Under the pieces are notes generated by a model that did no database searches, was not told the origin of the DNA, and worked only from the letters and a program-made list of their open reading frames with translations. Positions 44,528 through 55,638 of a stretch of 64,000 bases of DNA are shown here, piece by piece; positions within the stretch are counted from its first letter, which is position 1, and each line of letters begins with the position of its first letter. The stretch is from Prochlorococcus sp. HOT208_60m_808G21 (GTDB lineage: Bacteria > Cyanobacteriota > Cyanobacteriia > PCC-6307 > Cyanobiaceae): the NCBI GenBank assembly GCA_002026015.1, contig MWOY01000108.1:14925-78924 (forward strand), read 5' to 3'. Both the position numbers and the translations under genes were made by a program.

Positions 44528-45232
44528 ATGACTTACAAAAGAGTTCTCTTAAAACTTAGTGGTGAAGCACTAATGGGTGAAAAACCTTATGGTATTGATC
44601 CTGCTATAGTCCAGTCAATTGCAGAGGATGTTTCAAAAGTAGTCGAAAATAATGTAGAACTTGCAATAGTTGTTGGGGGCGGGAATATTTTTAGAGGGCT
44701 TAAAGGGTCTGCAGATGGTATGGATAGAGCGACAGCTGATTATGTTGGGATGCTCGCAACAGTAATGAATGCTATTTCACTTCAGGATGGATTAGAAAGA
44801 GTAGGAGTTGCAACAAGGGTTCAAACTGCGATAGAAATGCAGGAAATTGCCGAGCCCTACATAAGAAGAAGAGCCATGAGGCACTTAGAGAAAGGTAGAG
44901 TTGTAGTTTTCGGAGGTGGATGCGGAAATCCATTTTTTACAACTGATACTACGGCAGCTTTGAGAGCAGCAGAGATAAACGCTGAAGTTGTCATGAAGGC
45001 TACTAAAGTTGATGGAGTATACGATCGTGATCCTAATCAATTTAAAGATGCAAAAAAATATTCCTCTCTCAGTTATCAACAAGTTCTTAGTGATGAAATT
45101 GCTGTAATGGACAGTACAGCAATTGCACTTTGCAAAGATAATAATATCCCAATTATGGTTTTTGATATATTCAAAAAAGGGAACATTTCCAAAGCTGTTG
45201 CTGGTGAGCCAATAGGCTCTTTAATTAGTTAG
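44528..45232 (+). CDS. pyrH: UMP kinase
   Basis: [25 protein letters not shown]. Confidence 0.97.
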   Translation: MTYKRVLLKLSGEALMGEKPYGIDPAIVQSIAEDVSKVVENNVELAIVVGGGNIFRGLKGSADGMDRATADYVGMLATVMNAISLQDGLERVGVATRVQTAIEMQEIAEPYIRRRAMRHLEKGRVVVFGGGCGNPFFTTDTTAALRAAEINAEVVMKATKVDGVYDRDPNQFKDAKKYSSLSYQQVLSDEIAVMDSTAIALCKDNNIPIMVFDIFKKGNISKAVAGEPIGSLIS

Positions 45233-45254
45233 AGATCATTTATTTTTTTTAATT

Positions 45255-45803
45255 ATGAAAGAAAAAGAAATTCAAGAAAATATGAATAAAAGTATTGAAG
45301 CCACACAAAGAAACTTTAATACAATTAGAACAGGCAGAGCTAATGCTTCCTTGTTAGACAGAGTAAGTGTTGAGTACTATGGAGCAGAAACACCAATCAA
45401 ATCGCTTGCCACTATAAGCACTGTTGATTCGCAAACAATTTCGATACAACCTTTCGATATTTCATGTTTGCAAGCGATAGAGAAATCTATTTCTATGAGT
45501 GATTTAGGAATTACTCCAAATAATGATGGGAAAGTAATAAGAATAAACGTTCCTCCTTTAACAGAAGAAAGAAGAAAAGAATTTTGTAAATTAGCCTCTA
45601 AATATGCAGAGGAAGGAAAAGTAGCTTTGAGAAATATCAGAAGAGATGCTGTTGATAAAGAAAAAAAAGACGAAAAAGATGGCCTTATTTCTATTGACGA
45701 ATCGAGAGATAATCAATCTGAAATTCAGAAAATTACTGACAAATATATTTCTTTAATAGAAACTAAATTGTCCGAAAAAGAAAAGGAAATTCTAAAAGTT
45801 TGA
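45255..45803 (+). CDS. frr: Ribosome recycling factor
   Basis: [23 protein letters not shown]. Confidence 0.97.
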   Translation: MKEKEIQENMNKSIEATQRNFNTIRTGRANASLLDRVSVEYYGAETPIKSLATISTVDSQTISIQPFDISCLQAIEKSISMSDLGITPNNDGKVIRINVPPLTEERRKEFCKLASKYAEEGKVALRNIRRDAVDKEKKDEKDGLISIDESRDNQSEIQKITDKYISLIETKLSEKEKEILKV

Positions 45804-46933
45804 TAGGATTTGACGTTGTAATAATTGGTGGAGGTTTATCAGGATCTTCCACAGCTCTTAATCTATCAAAGAAAGGATATTCAGTTTTAATTATCGAAAA
45901 AGAAAAATCCCATGATTATAAGCCATGTGCAGGTGGGATGGCATCTTCAATGCAAAGATTTCTTCCTTTAGATATAAAAGATGCCATAGCATCAAAAATT
46001 AAGAATGTTGAATTCAGATGGAAGGCTACAGATAATGTAACTGCTGATCTGACTGGCGAATCCCCATTTTGGATTATTAAAAGAGAGAAACTTGATCAAT
46101 TATTACTTGATGAGTCCAAAAGTAATGGAGCTCAGATAATGAGACCATTATTGATAGAAAAAATTATAAAAAAAAATGATAAATGGGAAATTACTTGCAA
46201 TAACAAAATAAAATACATTTCAGAATTTCTTGTAATTGCAGATGGGTCCCAATCGAAATGGGCGAGTTATTTCAATTTAGGGCCAAGAAAACCGAAATTT
46301 GCGAACACAATCTCATTAAGATTAAAAGGGTTAGGCGAAATCCCTAGAGATGCAGTTAGATTTGAGTTTGGATTTATAAAATATGGGTTTGCATGGGCAT
46401 TTCCCCTAAGAGAAAGCTTAAATATTGGTTTAGGTACTTTTATAAATAATGGTCTTCTAGAAAATCAGGCTATAAATAAACAAGTAATCAGAAGCTTCGG
46501 TTTTGATGATTATCCTCATAAAACAATTAGTAAGAAACTGAGAATATGGAATGGCTTCAACTCAATTAATGGTGACAAAGTGTTGGCGGTTGGAGATGCA
46601 GCATCTCTATGTGATCCATTTTTAGCTGAAGGAATTAGACCATCTTTAATTAGCAGCTTTTATGCTGCAGAATACATAGATCAGTGCCTATCAGGAAAAG
46701 TAGATGATTTAAATCTTTATACGAAAAAAATTAACAACATTTGGGGGAAATCAATGGCTTGGGGGAGGAGAATAGCCCAAGTATTTTATAGATTTCCCAG
46801 AACTGGATACCAATTAGGTGTCAAAAGAAAAACAGCACCTAAACGTATTGCTCAAATATTATCAGGAGAAATGAGTTATGAAGATATTGCAAAAAGAGTT
46901 ATCAGAAGACTTTTAACAAAAAGTGGAGCTTAA
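45800..46933 (+). CDS. Geranylgeranyl-reductase-family FAD oxidoreductase
   Basis: [40 protein letters not shown]. Confidence 0.82.
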   Translation: MIGFDVVIIGGGLSGSSTALNLSKKGYSVLIIEKEKSHDYKPCAGGMASSMQRFLPLDIKDAIASKIKNVEFRWKATDNVTADLTGESPFWIIKREKLDQLLLDESKSNGAQIMRPLLIEKIIKKNDKWEITCNNKIKYISEFLVIADGSQSKWASYFNLGPRKPKFANTISLRLKGLGEIPRDAVRFEFGFIKYGFAWAFPLRESLNIGLGTFINNGLLENQAINKQVIRSFGFDDYPHKTISKKLRIWNGFNSINGDKVLAVGDAASLCDPFLAEGIRPSLISSFYAAEYIDQCLSGKVDDLNLYTKKINNIWGKSMAWGRRIAQVFYRFPRTGYQLGVKRKTAPKRIAQILSGEMSYEDIAKRVIRRLLTKSGA

Positions 46934-46957
46934 TTCTTTTTCAATTCAAACTTAAAT

Positions 46958-47959
46958 TTAGTTAGCAGAAATCAAGTTATGATTTTTAATCTCTGAATAT
47001 CTCTTTAGTAGCAGTTCTTCCAATTCTTCTATAGCCTTACTGAATCCAGTGATACCTTCACTCAGCTTTTCACTTGCCATTTGATCTTCCAACATACTTA
47101 ATCTGAAATCTTTTTCTTCAAATTCGTAGTCAATAGAATTATTAATTTGGGTACTTACATCTAGTTTTCTAACTAACTCTCCTTTTTCTTTTTTCAGTTC
47201 CTCAAGAAATTTTGGTGCGATTGTTAAAAGATCGCAACCTGCTAATTCTTTTATTTCATCAAGATTTCTAAAGCTCGCTCCCATTACTTCTGTCTTGAAT
47301 CCCTTTTCTTTAAAGTACTTGTATATTTGTGTAACCGAAATAACACCAGGGTCTTCAGATCCAACAAAACTAGTTTTACCAGTTTTTGCTTTATGCCAAT
47401 CCAATATACGGCCTACGAAAGGAGAAATTAGAGTTATATTTGCACTAGCACAAGTTACCGCTTGGCAGAAGTTAAAAAGTAAAGTTAAGTTGCACTTAAT
47501 ACCCTCTTTTTCCAAAATTTCAGCTGCCTTAATTCCCTCCCAAGTTGCAGCAATCTTAATCAAAATTCTTTCCTTTTCAATTCCAAAATTTTTGTAAAGA
47601 TTGATCAATTTTCTCGCTTTTTCTACAGTAGCTTCGGTATCAAAGCTCAGTCTTGCATCAACTTCTGTAGATACGCGCCCTGAAATAATTTTCAATATTT
47701 CTTTTCCAAAAAATACTGAAACTTGGTCGACAGTTTCTTTGATTAATTCAATTTCAGAGAATCCTTGGGGCAATGCATTTTCCGAACTTTCTAAAGCTTT
47801 ATCAATTAATTTCACATAATCAGGGTTCCTTGCCGCAGCAAGTATTAGCGATGGATTGGTGGTGGCGTCCCTTGGTTTAAATTTTTTTATCGAATCTAAA
47901 TCTCCAGTATCAGCAACAACAACGGTCATTGAGGACAATTGTTCTAAAATTGATTTCAT
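46958..47959 (-). CDS. tal: Transaldolase
   Basis: [38 protein letters not shown]. Confidence 0.97.
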   Translation of the reverse strand: MKSILEQLSSMTVVVADTGDLDSIKKFKPRDATTNPSLILAAARNPDYVKLIDKALESSENALPQGFSEIELIKETVDQVSVFFGKEILKIISGRVSTEVDARLSFDTEATVEKARKLINLYKNFGIEKERILIKIAATWEGIKAAEILEKEGIKCNLTLLFNFCQAVTCASANITLISPFVGRILDWHKAKTGKTSFVGSEDPGVISVTQIYKYFKEKGFKTEVMGASFRNLDEIKELAGCDLLTIAPKFLEELKKEKGELVRKLDVSTQINNSIDYEFEEKDFRLSMLEDQMASEKLSEGITGFSKAIEELEELLLKRYSEIKNHNLISAN

Positions 47960-48051
47960 ATCTAGAAAATCATATATATATACATAAACTAGCTTTTATT
48001 CCTGATGAAATCATCAGATAATCATCTAAATATTTATAAAATTGGAAAATT

Positions 48052-49806
48052 TTAGGGTTTTTTAACAATCATTCCATGATCTTTAATCTTAGGAGGTATT
48101 TTTTCAATTACTATCAAACTTTCGATAATTTCTTTAGCAACTGGTACAGCAACAGTTGAACCGTATGCATAAGATTTAGATGGCTCATCAACGACTACTA
48201 GGACAGCATATTTCGGATCATTAACTGGTAACGTCGCCACAAAACTGCAAACTTTTTTACTTGTATAGGAACCATTTAAGGCTTTTTGTGAAGTGCCCGT
48301 TTTCCCCGCTATCCTATAACCCTCGATTTTCACTCCAGATCCACTACCTTTGTCAACTACGCTCTCCATCCATTCAAGAACAGTTTTAGAGACTTCGTGT
48401 GAAAAAAATTGTTTTTTGGGATTATTATTAATTCCTTCTTTGAAAGTTGAGGTTACATGTGGAGTTACTTCATAACCACCATTTGCCAGAGCCGCATGAA
48501 GTTGAAGCAATTTAAGTGGTGAGATTGAGAAACCTTTGCCAAAAGAAGTTACAGCGGGCTCAATTGATTGACTTACAAATAAATCTTTTCTTTTTAGTTG
48601 GCCAGCAGTTGATTCAAATAAGTCAGTCTCTAAATTTTTATTTATACCTAAATCGTTTAGCCAATCCCAATAAATTGTAGGATCTAATTTCTGCATTATT
48701 TTTACCATCCCAACATTACTTGAAACTTGCAAAACTTTTGGATAGTCAATGTATCCATTACCTTTTTTATCCCAATTAGAAAGTGTCCATCCTCCAACAT
48801 TAATTTTTCCAATATCTTCAACTAATCCATCTTTCTGGATTACTTTTTCTTCTAAAGCTAAGGCGAGATTAATAGGTTTAAAAGTTGAACCAGGCTCAAA
48901 TAAATCTTGAGAATACCAACCCCTAAAAAGTCCAGAATCATACTGCCAAAATTTATTTGGATCGTACGAAGGAACTGAAACCAAGGAGAGAATTCGACCA
49001 TTATTAACATCCATAACTATGGCAAATCCCTTCTTTGCTTTCCATTTGCTTACTTGCTTTGATAATGCATTGAATGAAGCTTTCTGTAATTTTGAATCTA
49101 TAGTTAGGCCTAAACTTTTGTAATCAGAAACAAAATCTCCTGGGGCTGAATCATCCGGTAAAGGAGTTCCATCTCCTCCTCTTTTTATTAAATTACTTTT
49201 ATTAAAAACTTTAATTTGATTATCTAAATGAAGCTCTAAACCTGCTGAAGCTATATTCTCATCATTAACAAAACCCACAAGATTAGAATAAAGCTCCCCT
49301 TGTGGATAATATCTCTGCGAATATTTAAATAAATCAATTCCGCTTATTTGAAGGTTCTTAATCTTTTCTGCCTTTTCTTCAGAAATTTGATCCAAAAGCT
49401 TGATTCCAGTCATTTTATTATTAAATTTACTCAAGAGTATTTCACCATTTATATCCAAGATAGATGACAATTTTTCTGTAACTTCTTCAATACTGCGAAC
49501 TCTATTTATTGAATCACCAGGAAAATTAAAATATTTTGGATGGGCCCATAATTTAAAGAGCGGTTTATCGTAAGCGATTAGTCTATTATTTCTATCAACA
49601 ATGGCTCTCCTCTTTTTTAAAGCGTTAGTTTTAGAAGAATGGAGTAATCTAGCTTTTCTTTGCAAATCAGAGGCGTTAAAGACTTGCAATTTAACTAACC
49701 TACCAAACAAACAAAAGATTAATATTAAGCTAAAAATATAGAGAAATTTAAATCTTCTTTGATCGAGGGGTATAAGACGAACAATTTTTTTGTATTTTTT
49801 CATCAA
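48052..49806 (-). CDS. ftsI: Class B penicillin-binding protein (FtsI/PBP2 type)
   Basis: N-terminal TM, IVDRN, EPGSTFKP (SxxK), SSNVG, AGKTGT. Confidence 0.88.
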   Translation of the reverse strand: MMKKYKKIVRLIPLDQRRFKFLYIFSLILIFCLFGRLVKLQVFNASDLQRKARLLHSSKTNALKKRRAIVDRNNRLIAYDKPLFKLWAHPKYFNFPGDSINRVRSIEEVTEKLSSILDINGEILLSKFNNKMTGIKLLDQISEEKAEKIKNLQISGIDLFKYSQRYYPQGELYSNLVGFVNDENIASAGLELHLDNQIKVFNKSNLIKRGGDGTPLPDDSAPGDFVSDYKSLGLTIDSKLQKASFNALSKQVSKWKAKKGFAIVMDVNNGRILSLVSVPSYDPNKFWQYDSGLFRGWYSQDLFEPGSTFKPINLALALEEKVIQKDGLVEDIGKINVGGWTLSNWDKKGNGYIDYPKVLQVSSNVGMVKIMQKLDPTIYWDWLNDLGINKNLETDLFESTAGQLKRKDLFVSQSIEPAVTSFGKGFSISPLKLLQLHAALANGGYEVTPHVTSTFKEGINNNPKKQFFSHEVSKTVLEWMESVVDKGSGSGVKIEGYRIAGKTGTSQKALNGSYTSKKVCSFVATLPVNDPKYAVLVVVDEPSKSYAYGSTVAVPVAKEIIESLIVIEKIPPKIKDHGMIVKKP

Positions 49807-50234
49807 TATCCGCTTTGATATTTGCTATTTTTAAAACCTTCAATGAAACTACTTAAATTTTTCTTAAATAAACTTTCTTTTTTTTCTGGAGGTTTATCTA
49901 GATAGATTAAATCTTCAGGTTTAGTTTTTCTATAAGTATTGATAGATTCAAGTTCACTAATATAATATTCCTCAATTTTAGAAATATAATCAATGAGATT
50001 GTTATTAATAGCTCTTGTTTTAGATAAGTTTTTATAGGTATTTGACCATTTTCTTTGACTATTAAAAGACAAGAAAAATAAGGTGAAAATTAATAACAAA
50101 AGAGAGATATTAATGGTATCAAAAATTTGATGTATTAATTTGATTTTAATTATGGATATTTTTTCAGATTTTTTTTTACTTTCATATGAAACCTTTTTTT
50201 TTAAATTAAGTTGTTTCCCATAAGGTTTCATCAA
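49803..50234 (-). CDS. Single-TM coiled-coil protein coupled to ftsI (possibly FtsL-like)
   Basis: Basic N-terminus, one TM, amphipathic helix; 4-nt stop/start overlap with ftsI. Confidence 0.65.
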   Translation of the reverse strand: MMKPYGKQLNLKKKVSYESKKKSEKISIIKIKLIHQIFDTINISLLLLIFTLFFLSFNSQRKWSNTYKNLSKTRAINNNLIDYISKIEEYYISELESINTYRKTKPEDLIYLDKPPEKKESLFKKNLSSFIEGFKNSKYQSGY

Positions 50235-50316
50235 TGGTTTTTTATTTAAATAAAAGAAGTGTTATTAATTAAATAAACATCTTTTTGTTTGATTCGCAAG
50301 TAAAGAATTAAATTCT

Positions 50317-51678
50317 TTATGTCCTCAATAAGAACAAATTTAAGAAGGTCAATCCATTCCATAAAGAATGCATGATTACTGAGGAAAACAAACTCCCTGA
50401 AACAATTCTTGTAATTGCTAATCCAATCCCTAGAACAAATAATGGCGGCATTTCTCCCAAACTTAAATGGGCTAATGCAAAGATAAAAGCTGAGACTATG
50501 ATGCCCAAAATTACTCCAAAATCTCTTGAAAGAGTTGGAAGTAAAATACCGCGGAATATAATCTCTTCAAATAGAGGAGCTAATAGAGTTGTTGTTATAA
50601 ATAATAGAAAAAATGATAAGTAATTATTATTATTAAGAACAATTTCCAGCAAGGGGTTACTACCATTCTGATTATCGATCAGACTATTCATAATTAGAGA
50701 GATCAATAAAACAAAAGGAACAATTGTTAACCAACCTTTAATTCCCTGAGTTATTGCATACTTTATTGGCAAGAAATTGAACTGTAAATAATCCTTTTTA
50801 AAAGTAAATTCACCATTCAAGGATTTAATTTGATAAAAAACTATCCATAATGGAGGAATAGCCATAAAAAGATATCCAAAGAAAATTTTTAAAGATTGAG
50901 ACAATTCATTAGAGATATTTTTAGAAAAAAGTTCGACCAAACTGATAGAAAATAAAGGTGATACCACTTCTCCTAAAACAACAAATCCACCTGCAATTAA
51001 TAAAACCATATCTATTAATTCTAAATCTAAGGATTTAATTTCTTTCCAACCAAACTTTTTCAAAGATATAGTTGTCCATAATATTTTTAAAGCCAGAATA
51101 GAGCCAATAAGTATTGTTAAAAGTGGTATTAGTCTTATGGCTAATATTTTAAAAAACATTTTTCTTGAAAATGATTTTGTTATTAATGTACTGTCGTCAA
51201 AATCAAATTTCCGGCTTAAAAGGTGATATAAAAATCTATCACCTTTAAATAAATCAAATTTTTCAGAATTTACTTTATATGTATTATTATTAGATTTTTT
51301 TTCTATCTCATCAATCAGAGATTTATAGTTTTTATCTTCAAAATCTTTGGATATATTTTTATAAATTAAAGGAGCATTTGATTCTGAAGTAATTATTCGA
51401 ATTAATTTATTTCTTTCTGTTAGCTCTTCAAATGAGACATCAGAGAGTGATTTATTTATTTGATCAACTGGATCATTAATGATAAAAAATTTTTTAAGAT
51501 TTACAGGTATTGATTGGACAGATAATTCAGCAATTTCTTGCTCTTTTTGACTAATATCAAATGAAACAGATGGTCTATTTAAACTGTCTCTTAATCCTTG
51601 TTGCCATACAAAAAAAGTTATGACGATAGAAATAAAAGCTAAAGTTAGTTTTGACTTAGAAGTATTTTTAAAGATCAT
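50317..51678 (-). CDS. CPBP/Abi intramembrane protease
   Basis: APLFEEIIFRG, FALAH, HSLWN. Confidence 0.88.
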   Translation of the reverse strand: MIFKNTSKSKLTLAFISIVITFFVWQQGLRDSLNRPSVSFDISQKEQEIAELSVQSIPVNLKKFFIINDPVDQINKSLSDVSFEELTERNKLIRIITSESNAPLIYKNISKDFEDKNYKSLIDEIEKKSNNNTYKVNSEKFDLFKGDRFLYHLLSRKFDFDDSTLITKSFSRKMFFKILAIRLIPLLTILIGSILALKILWTTISLKKFGWKEIKSLDLELIDMVLLIAGGFVVLGEVVSPLFSISLVELFSKNISNELSQSLKIFFGYLFMAIPPLWIVFYQIKSLNGEFTFKKDYLQFNFLPIKYAITQGIKGWLTIVPFVLLISLIMNSLIDNQNGSNPLLEIVLNNNNYLSFFLLFITTTLLAPLFEEIIFRGILLPTLSRDFGVILGIIVSAFIFALAHLSLGEMPPLFVLGIGLAITRIVSGSLFSSVIMHSLWNGLTFLNLFLLRT

Positions 51679-51794
51679 AACTTATTATATTCTGGCAAAC
51701 TATAGTTAGTTATCATTGAATCTCCTTATATTTATGTATCTATTTTAATCACGCCATGAGATGATTAAATTATCTTAATTTTCAAATTTATATA

Positions 51795-53123
51795 ATGGCC
51801 TTAAGATTAGTTTTAGTTAGGCATGGACTAAGCAGTTTCAATGCAAAAGGATTAATTCAAGGAAGAACAGACGATTCATTTTTAACTGATGAAGGATACG
51901 AACAAGCCCACAAAGCAGGAAAAGCATTATCAAAAATAAAATTCGATAAAATCTATTCCTCCCCACTTGTCAGAGCGGCAGAGACTGCAAAAACAATTAA
52001 AAAGACCTTTAATAACGAACAAAATATTGTATTCGACGATAATTTGCTAGAGGTAGATCTTAGTGAATGGTCTGGTCTAAAAATTGATGAAATAAAAAAG
52101 AAATTCCCAGAAATTTACCCTATATGGAAAAATGATCCAGAAAATCTTATTTTAAAAAGAAATGATAATAAAACTTATAAACCAATTCAAGAGTTGTTTT
52201 TTCAAGCAACAAATTTTGTAGAAGATATTTTAAAAATTTATCTAGACAAAGATGATGTAAATATTTTAGTTGTTGGACATAATGCAATTCTCAGATGTTT
52301 AATACTTTTGTTATCAGGAAAGCCTAAGCAAGGTTTTAGAAAAATAAGATTAGAAAATGCTTCTTTCTCGATACTCAATATTTCAAAGAAAGATAACTCT
52401 TTTAAGACTCAAATTGAATGCTTAAATCAGACTTCCCATCTTAATAAAAATATTCCAAATAAAATTGGAGATTCCAGAATATTTCTTATAAGGCATGGTG
52501 AAACTAACTGGAACAAAGAAGGTAGATTTCAAGGCCAAATTGATATCCCTTTAAATGAAAACGGAAAAGATCAAGCTAGAAAGACTTTTGAATATTTGAG
52601 AAATATTTCTTTCAATAAGGCATTTTCAAGTTCGATGCATAGACCTTATGAAACTGCGCAAATAATCCTTCAAAATAACAAAGATTTAAAAATTAAGAAA
52701 ATAGATGCACTTGTAGAAATCAGTCACGGATTATGGGAGGGTAAATTGGAAGCAGAAATTAGAGAAGAGTGGCCTGCTTTACTAAAAAATTGGCATGATA
52801 AACCTGAAGAAGTAATAATGCCCGAAGGTGAATCTATAAAAGATGTATCAGAAAGGTCAGTAGAAGCTTTTGACAAAATTTGTTTATCTCAAAAGGATAA
52901 TGATCAAACCCTCATGGTTGCTCATGATGCAGTCAATAAAACTCTTATTTGTAATATCCTTGGGATTAATTATTCAAATATTTGGATGATAAAACAGGGT
53001 AATGGCGGCATAACTATAATTGATCTTTTTAATGATCCCAAGAAGCCCCCTGTGATTAGCGCTCTTAACATTACAACACACCTAGGAGGAATACTTGATT
53101 CAACTGCTTCCGGAGCACTTTAA
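51795..53123 (+). CDS. Two-domain histidine phosphatase (phosphoglycerate mutase family)
   Basis: Two RHG motifs (LVRHGLS, LIRHGET), each with QG and downstream His. Confidence 0.88.
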   Translation: MALRLVLVRHGLSSFNAKGLIQGRTDDSFLTDEGYEQAHKAGKALSKIKFDKIYSSPLVRAAETAKTIKKTFNNEQNIVFDDNLLEVDLSEWSGLKIDEIKKKFPEIYPIWKNDPENLILKRNDNKTYKPIQELFFQATNFVEDILKIYLDKDDVNILVVGHNAILRCLILLLSGKPKQGFRKIRLENASFSILNISKKDNSFKTQIECLNQTSHLNKNIPNKIGDSRIFLIRHGETNWNKEGRFQGQIDIPLNENGKDQARKTFEYLRNISFNKAFSSSMHRPYETAQIILQNNKDLKIKKIDALVEISHGLWEGKLEAEIREEWPALLKNWHDKPEEVIMPEGESIKDVSERSVEAFDKICLSQKDNDQTLMVAHDAVNKTLICNILGINYSNIWMIKQGNGGITIIDLFNDPKKPPVISALNITTHLGGILDSTASGAL

Positions 53124-53179
53124 ATTAAGCCTTGTTAAAAATTTATTTTGATGAAGTCAGAGTCAGAAAAAGGCCTCAT

Positions 53180-53836
53180 TTACTGAAAAAAGCCAACTTG
53201 ACTAAGAGGCCAAAATCTGAAATATGCTTTACCAATTATCTCTTTTTTATGAAGAAATTTACTTCCAGGCCAATATCTTCCATCCCAGCTATTTGCCCTA
53301 TTATCACCTAAAACTAAAAAATGATCTTCTGGCACTTTTATGTTTTCAAATTTACCACAATTATTAAATAGGGATAATGCGCACTTATAAGAGACATAGG
53401 GTTCAGGAATTAATTTATTATTTATTATTAATTCACCATTAGAGTTTACACTTACAATTTCTCCTGGAAGCGCCACCACTCTTTTAATATAAGCATCGCA
53501 AGCTTGATCCCTCAAACCAGGAATAAACGACATTGGTGGAAAACTCATAAAAAAACAATATCTTTTTTTTGGTAAAGGCTTAGATCTTGATGAGATTAAT
53601 TTTTTGTCAAACGAGTAAGGTGAGTTAAAAACAACAATATCTCCTCTTTTTGGTAAAGAGTTTCTTAGCGAAAATTTTTCAATAATTAACCTATCATTTA
53701 TTTGTAATTCTGGGAGCATCGAACCAGAAGGGATGTAACGTGGTTCTGCAAAAAATGATCTACAAGAAGAAACAAAAAAAGTTAATAGAATTAGTAGACC
53801 CCATTCTTTTAAAAAACTCTTTATGGAACCAGGCAT
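53180..53836 (-). CDS. lepB: Signal peptidase I
   Basis: IPSGSMLP, YIKRVVALPG, GDNRANSWDGR. Confidence 0.93.
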   Translation of the reverse strand: MPGSIKSFLKEWGLLILLTFFVSSCRSFFAEPRYIPSGSMLPELQINDRLIIEKFSLRNSLPKRGDIVVFNSPYSFDKKLISSRSKPLPKKRYCFFMSFPPMSFIPGLRDQACDAYIKRVVALPGEIVSVNSNGELIINNKLIPEPYVSYKCALSLFNNCGKFENIKVPEDHFLVLGDNRANSWDGRYWPGSKFLHKKEIIGKAYFRFWPLSQVGFFQ

Positions 53837-53865
53837 AAAATTAAAAAAGTCTTGATTTTCTAAAC

Positions 53866-54222
53866 TTATAAAAATTGTTTGGCATATTCAATTACGTTAA
53901 AACCTAATATTACTTTTTTTCCTTCGTAAATCAAAAATGGTCTTTTTATTAATTTACCATCACTTAAAAGAAGTTGAATAATTTCTTCTCTTGATAAACC
54001 ATTAATATCAAGATTGAGTGTTTTAAAAGCTTTACCTCTTGTATTAAAAATCCTTTTCTTATCATCAGAGTATTGTTTTAAAGCTAGATTTAAATAATTA
54101 ACAAGTGGCGGTTCTTTTACAATATCAATTAATTGGAATTCTAAATCTTTGCTTTTAAGCCACTTTTCAGCTTTTCTGCAAGTAGAGCATTTTAAATAAC
54201 TATAAAAAATTATTTTTTTCAA
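53866..54222 (-). CDS. ArsC/Spx-family protein
   Basis: CSTCRKA, FNTRG, LIKRP, LGF. Confidence 0.87.
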   Translation of the reverse strand: MKKIIFYSYLKCSTCRKAEKWLKSKDLEFQLIDIVKEPPLVNYLNLALKQYSDDKKRIFNTRGKAFKTLNLDINGLSREEIIQLLLSDGKLIKRPFLIYEGKKVILGFNVIEYAKQFL

Positions 54223-54773
54223 TTTAAATTACTAATTTTTGATTTCTTAAGTACTTTATAGTTTCTCTTTTTTAGAGGTATACAACTTTTCAATAAATTT
54301 TCAACAACATCAAAATCCCTCCAACCGTCAATTTGAATTGTTCTTCCATCAAGTCCTTTACTTGTTCTAAAAAATTCAGCAACATCCTCAAGCTGATTAG
54401 GAGCAATTTGATTAATACTAACTATATTATCCTGTCTAGGATTTGCTATAGGCACACATAAAAGTTTTCCATCATATGCACCACAATCATGCATATCCAA
54501 AACTCCAATAGGTCTAGCTTTTATTAAACAGCCCGCGAAAGTAGGCTCATCCATTATCACCATTGCATCAAGAGGAGCACCATCATCAGCAAGGGTATTT
54601 GGGATAAAACCATAATCAAAAGGGTACCTCACTGAAGAATGCAATACTCTGTCTAAGGCCATAATTCCTGCATCAGAGCAATATTCATATTTATTCCTAC
54701 TACCTGCAGGTATTTCAACAACAATATTTACTATTCCCTTCATTGGAGATGGAGGTATTGAGCTAAGGTCCAT
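54219..54773 (-). CDS. ppa: Inorganic pyrophosphatase
   Basis: EIPAGSRNKYE, LDRVL, YGFIPNTLADDGAPLD. Confidence 0.92.
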   Translation of the reverse strand: MDLSSIPPSPMKGIVNIVVEIPAGSRNKYEYCSDAGIMALDRVLHSSVRYPFDYGFIPNTLADDGAPLDAMVIMDEPTFAGCLIKARPIGVLDMHDCGAYDGKLLCVPIANPRQDNIVSINQIAPNQLEDVAEFFRTSKGLDGRTIQIDGWRDFDVVENLLKSCIPLKKRNYKVLKKSKISNLN

Positions 54774-55017
54774 CTTTTTTAAAATCGTGATTATGAATTA
54801 TCTCGTTTCCTTGAGATGAAGGTCTTCCAATTAAAACGCTTATTGAAGGTAAAAAAATTGTCAGAAAGGCAAAAATAATACCTAAAGATGTTATTGATAA
54901 ACTCCTTATACTTAAGGGGTCATCATCATCTCTTTCAAAATCACTTCGAGCAGAACCATGAGAAGATTCTTCACTTGATTTACTTTGAATAAACTGCTTT
55001 GATTTCGTGTAACTCAA
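54763..55017 (-). CDS. Small single-TM hypothetical protein
   Basis: 84 aa with one hydrophobic segment; lies between the HTH gene and ppa. Confidence 0.55.
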   Translation of the reverse strand: MSYTKSKQFIQSKSSEESSHGSARSDFERDDDDPLSIRSLSITSLGIIFAFLTIFLPSISVLIGRPSSQGNEIIHNHDFKKDGP

Positions 55018-55113
55018 GAACTCTTAATTGGTAAAGATTAAGGAGATAATTAAACATAATTATCCTACATTCAAAATGTCAATAAATCAAAACATTGATT
55101 AGTAACTTTTTAA

Positions 55114-55464
55114 TTATTCTTTTTCTAGCAAAGACCTGATAGATTTTAATTCCTCTAATATTTGCACCAGTATATTTTGAGCAGCCGAAGAAGGTGAATT
55201 AAAGACCTCTACAGTAACCTCCTTTATTCTTAAAATGTCTTTTGCAAATCTTGCTACTTCATTAGGATGAAACTTTAAAGGATCTTTTTGATCAGTTCTA
55301 AATTCGGGATTTAATTTTCTTGGATTAAAGCTAGGGTTAAGATTTCTTAAATCTGTATTTGTATACCTATAGACAGAAGCTCTTGATCTGTTTAAGAATT
55401 TTTGAACTTCATCAATACCTACTAATTCCTCTTCGCTAGAAATATTGGAATCTATATTTTCCAT
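55114..55464 (-). CDS. Small HTH DNA-binding protein (AlpA/excisionase-like)
   Basis: LVGIDEVQKFLNRSRASVYRY helix-turn-helix, FHPNEV wing, C-terminal coiled helix. Confidence 0.75.
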   Translation of the reverse strand: MENIDSNISSEEELVGIDEVQKFLNRSRASVYRYTNTDLRNLNPSFNPRKLNPEFRTDQKDPLKFHPNEVARFAKDILRIKEVTVEVFNSPSSAAQNILVQILEELKSIRSLLEKE

Positions 55465-55638
55465 AAAATTAAGAAAATGTTTTAGTAATAATGAACTTTT
55501 AAAAGAATTTGAACTTCATTACTGAAGAAGTTAGCAGAAACAATATTTTTAGACTAGCCGCGTTGAGGGACTCAAGACACTTTAAATTATTTTTTCATCT
55601 TAATTGATAAAATTAAATAATATAAAGGATTTTTTTGT

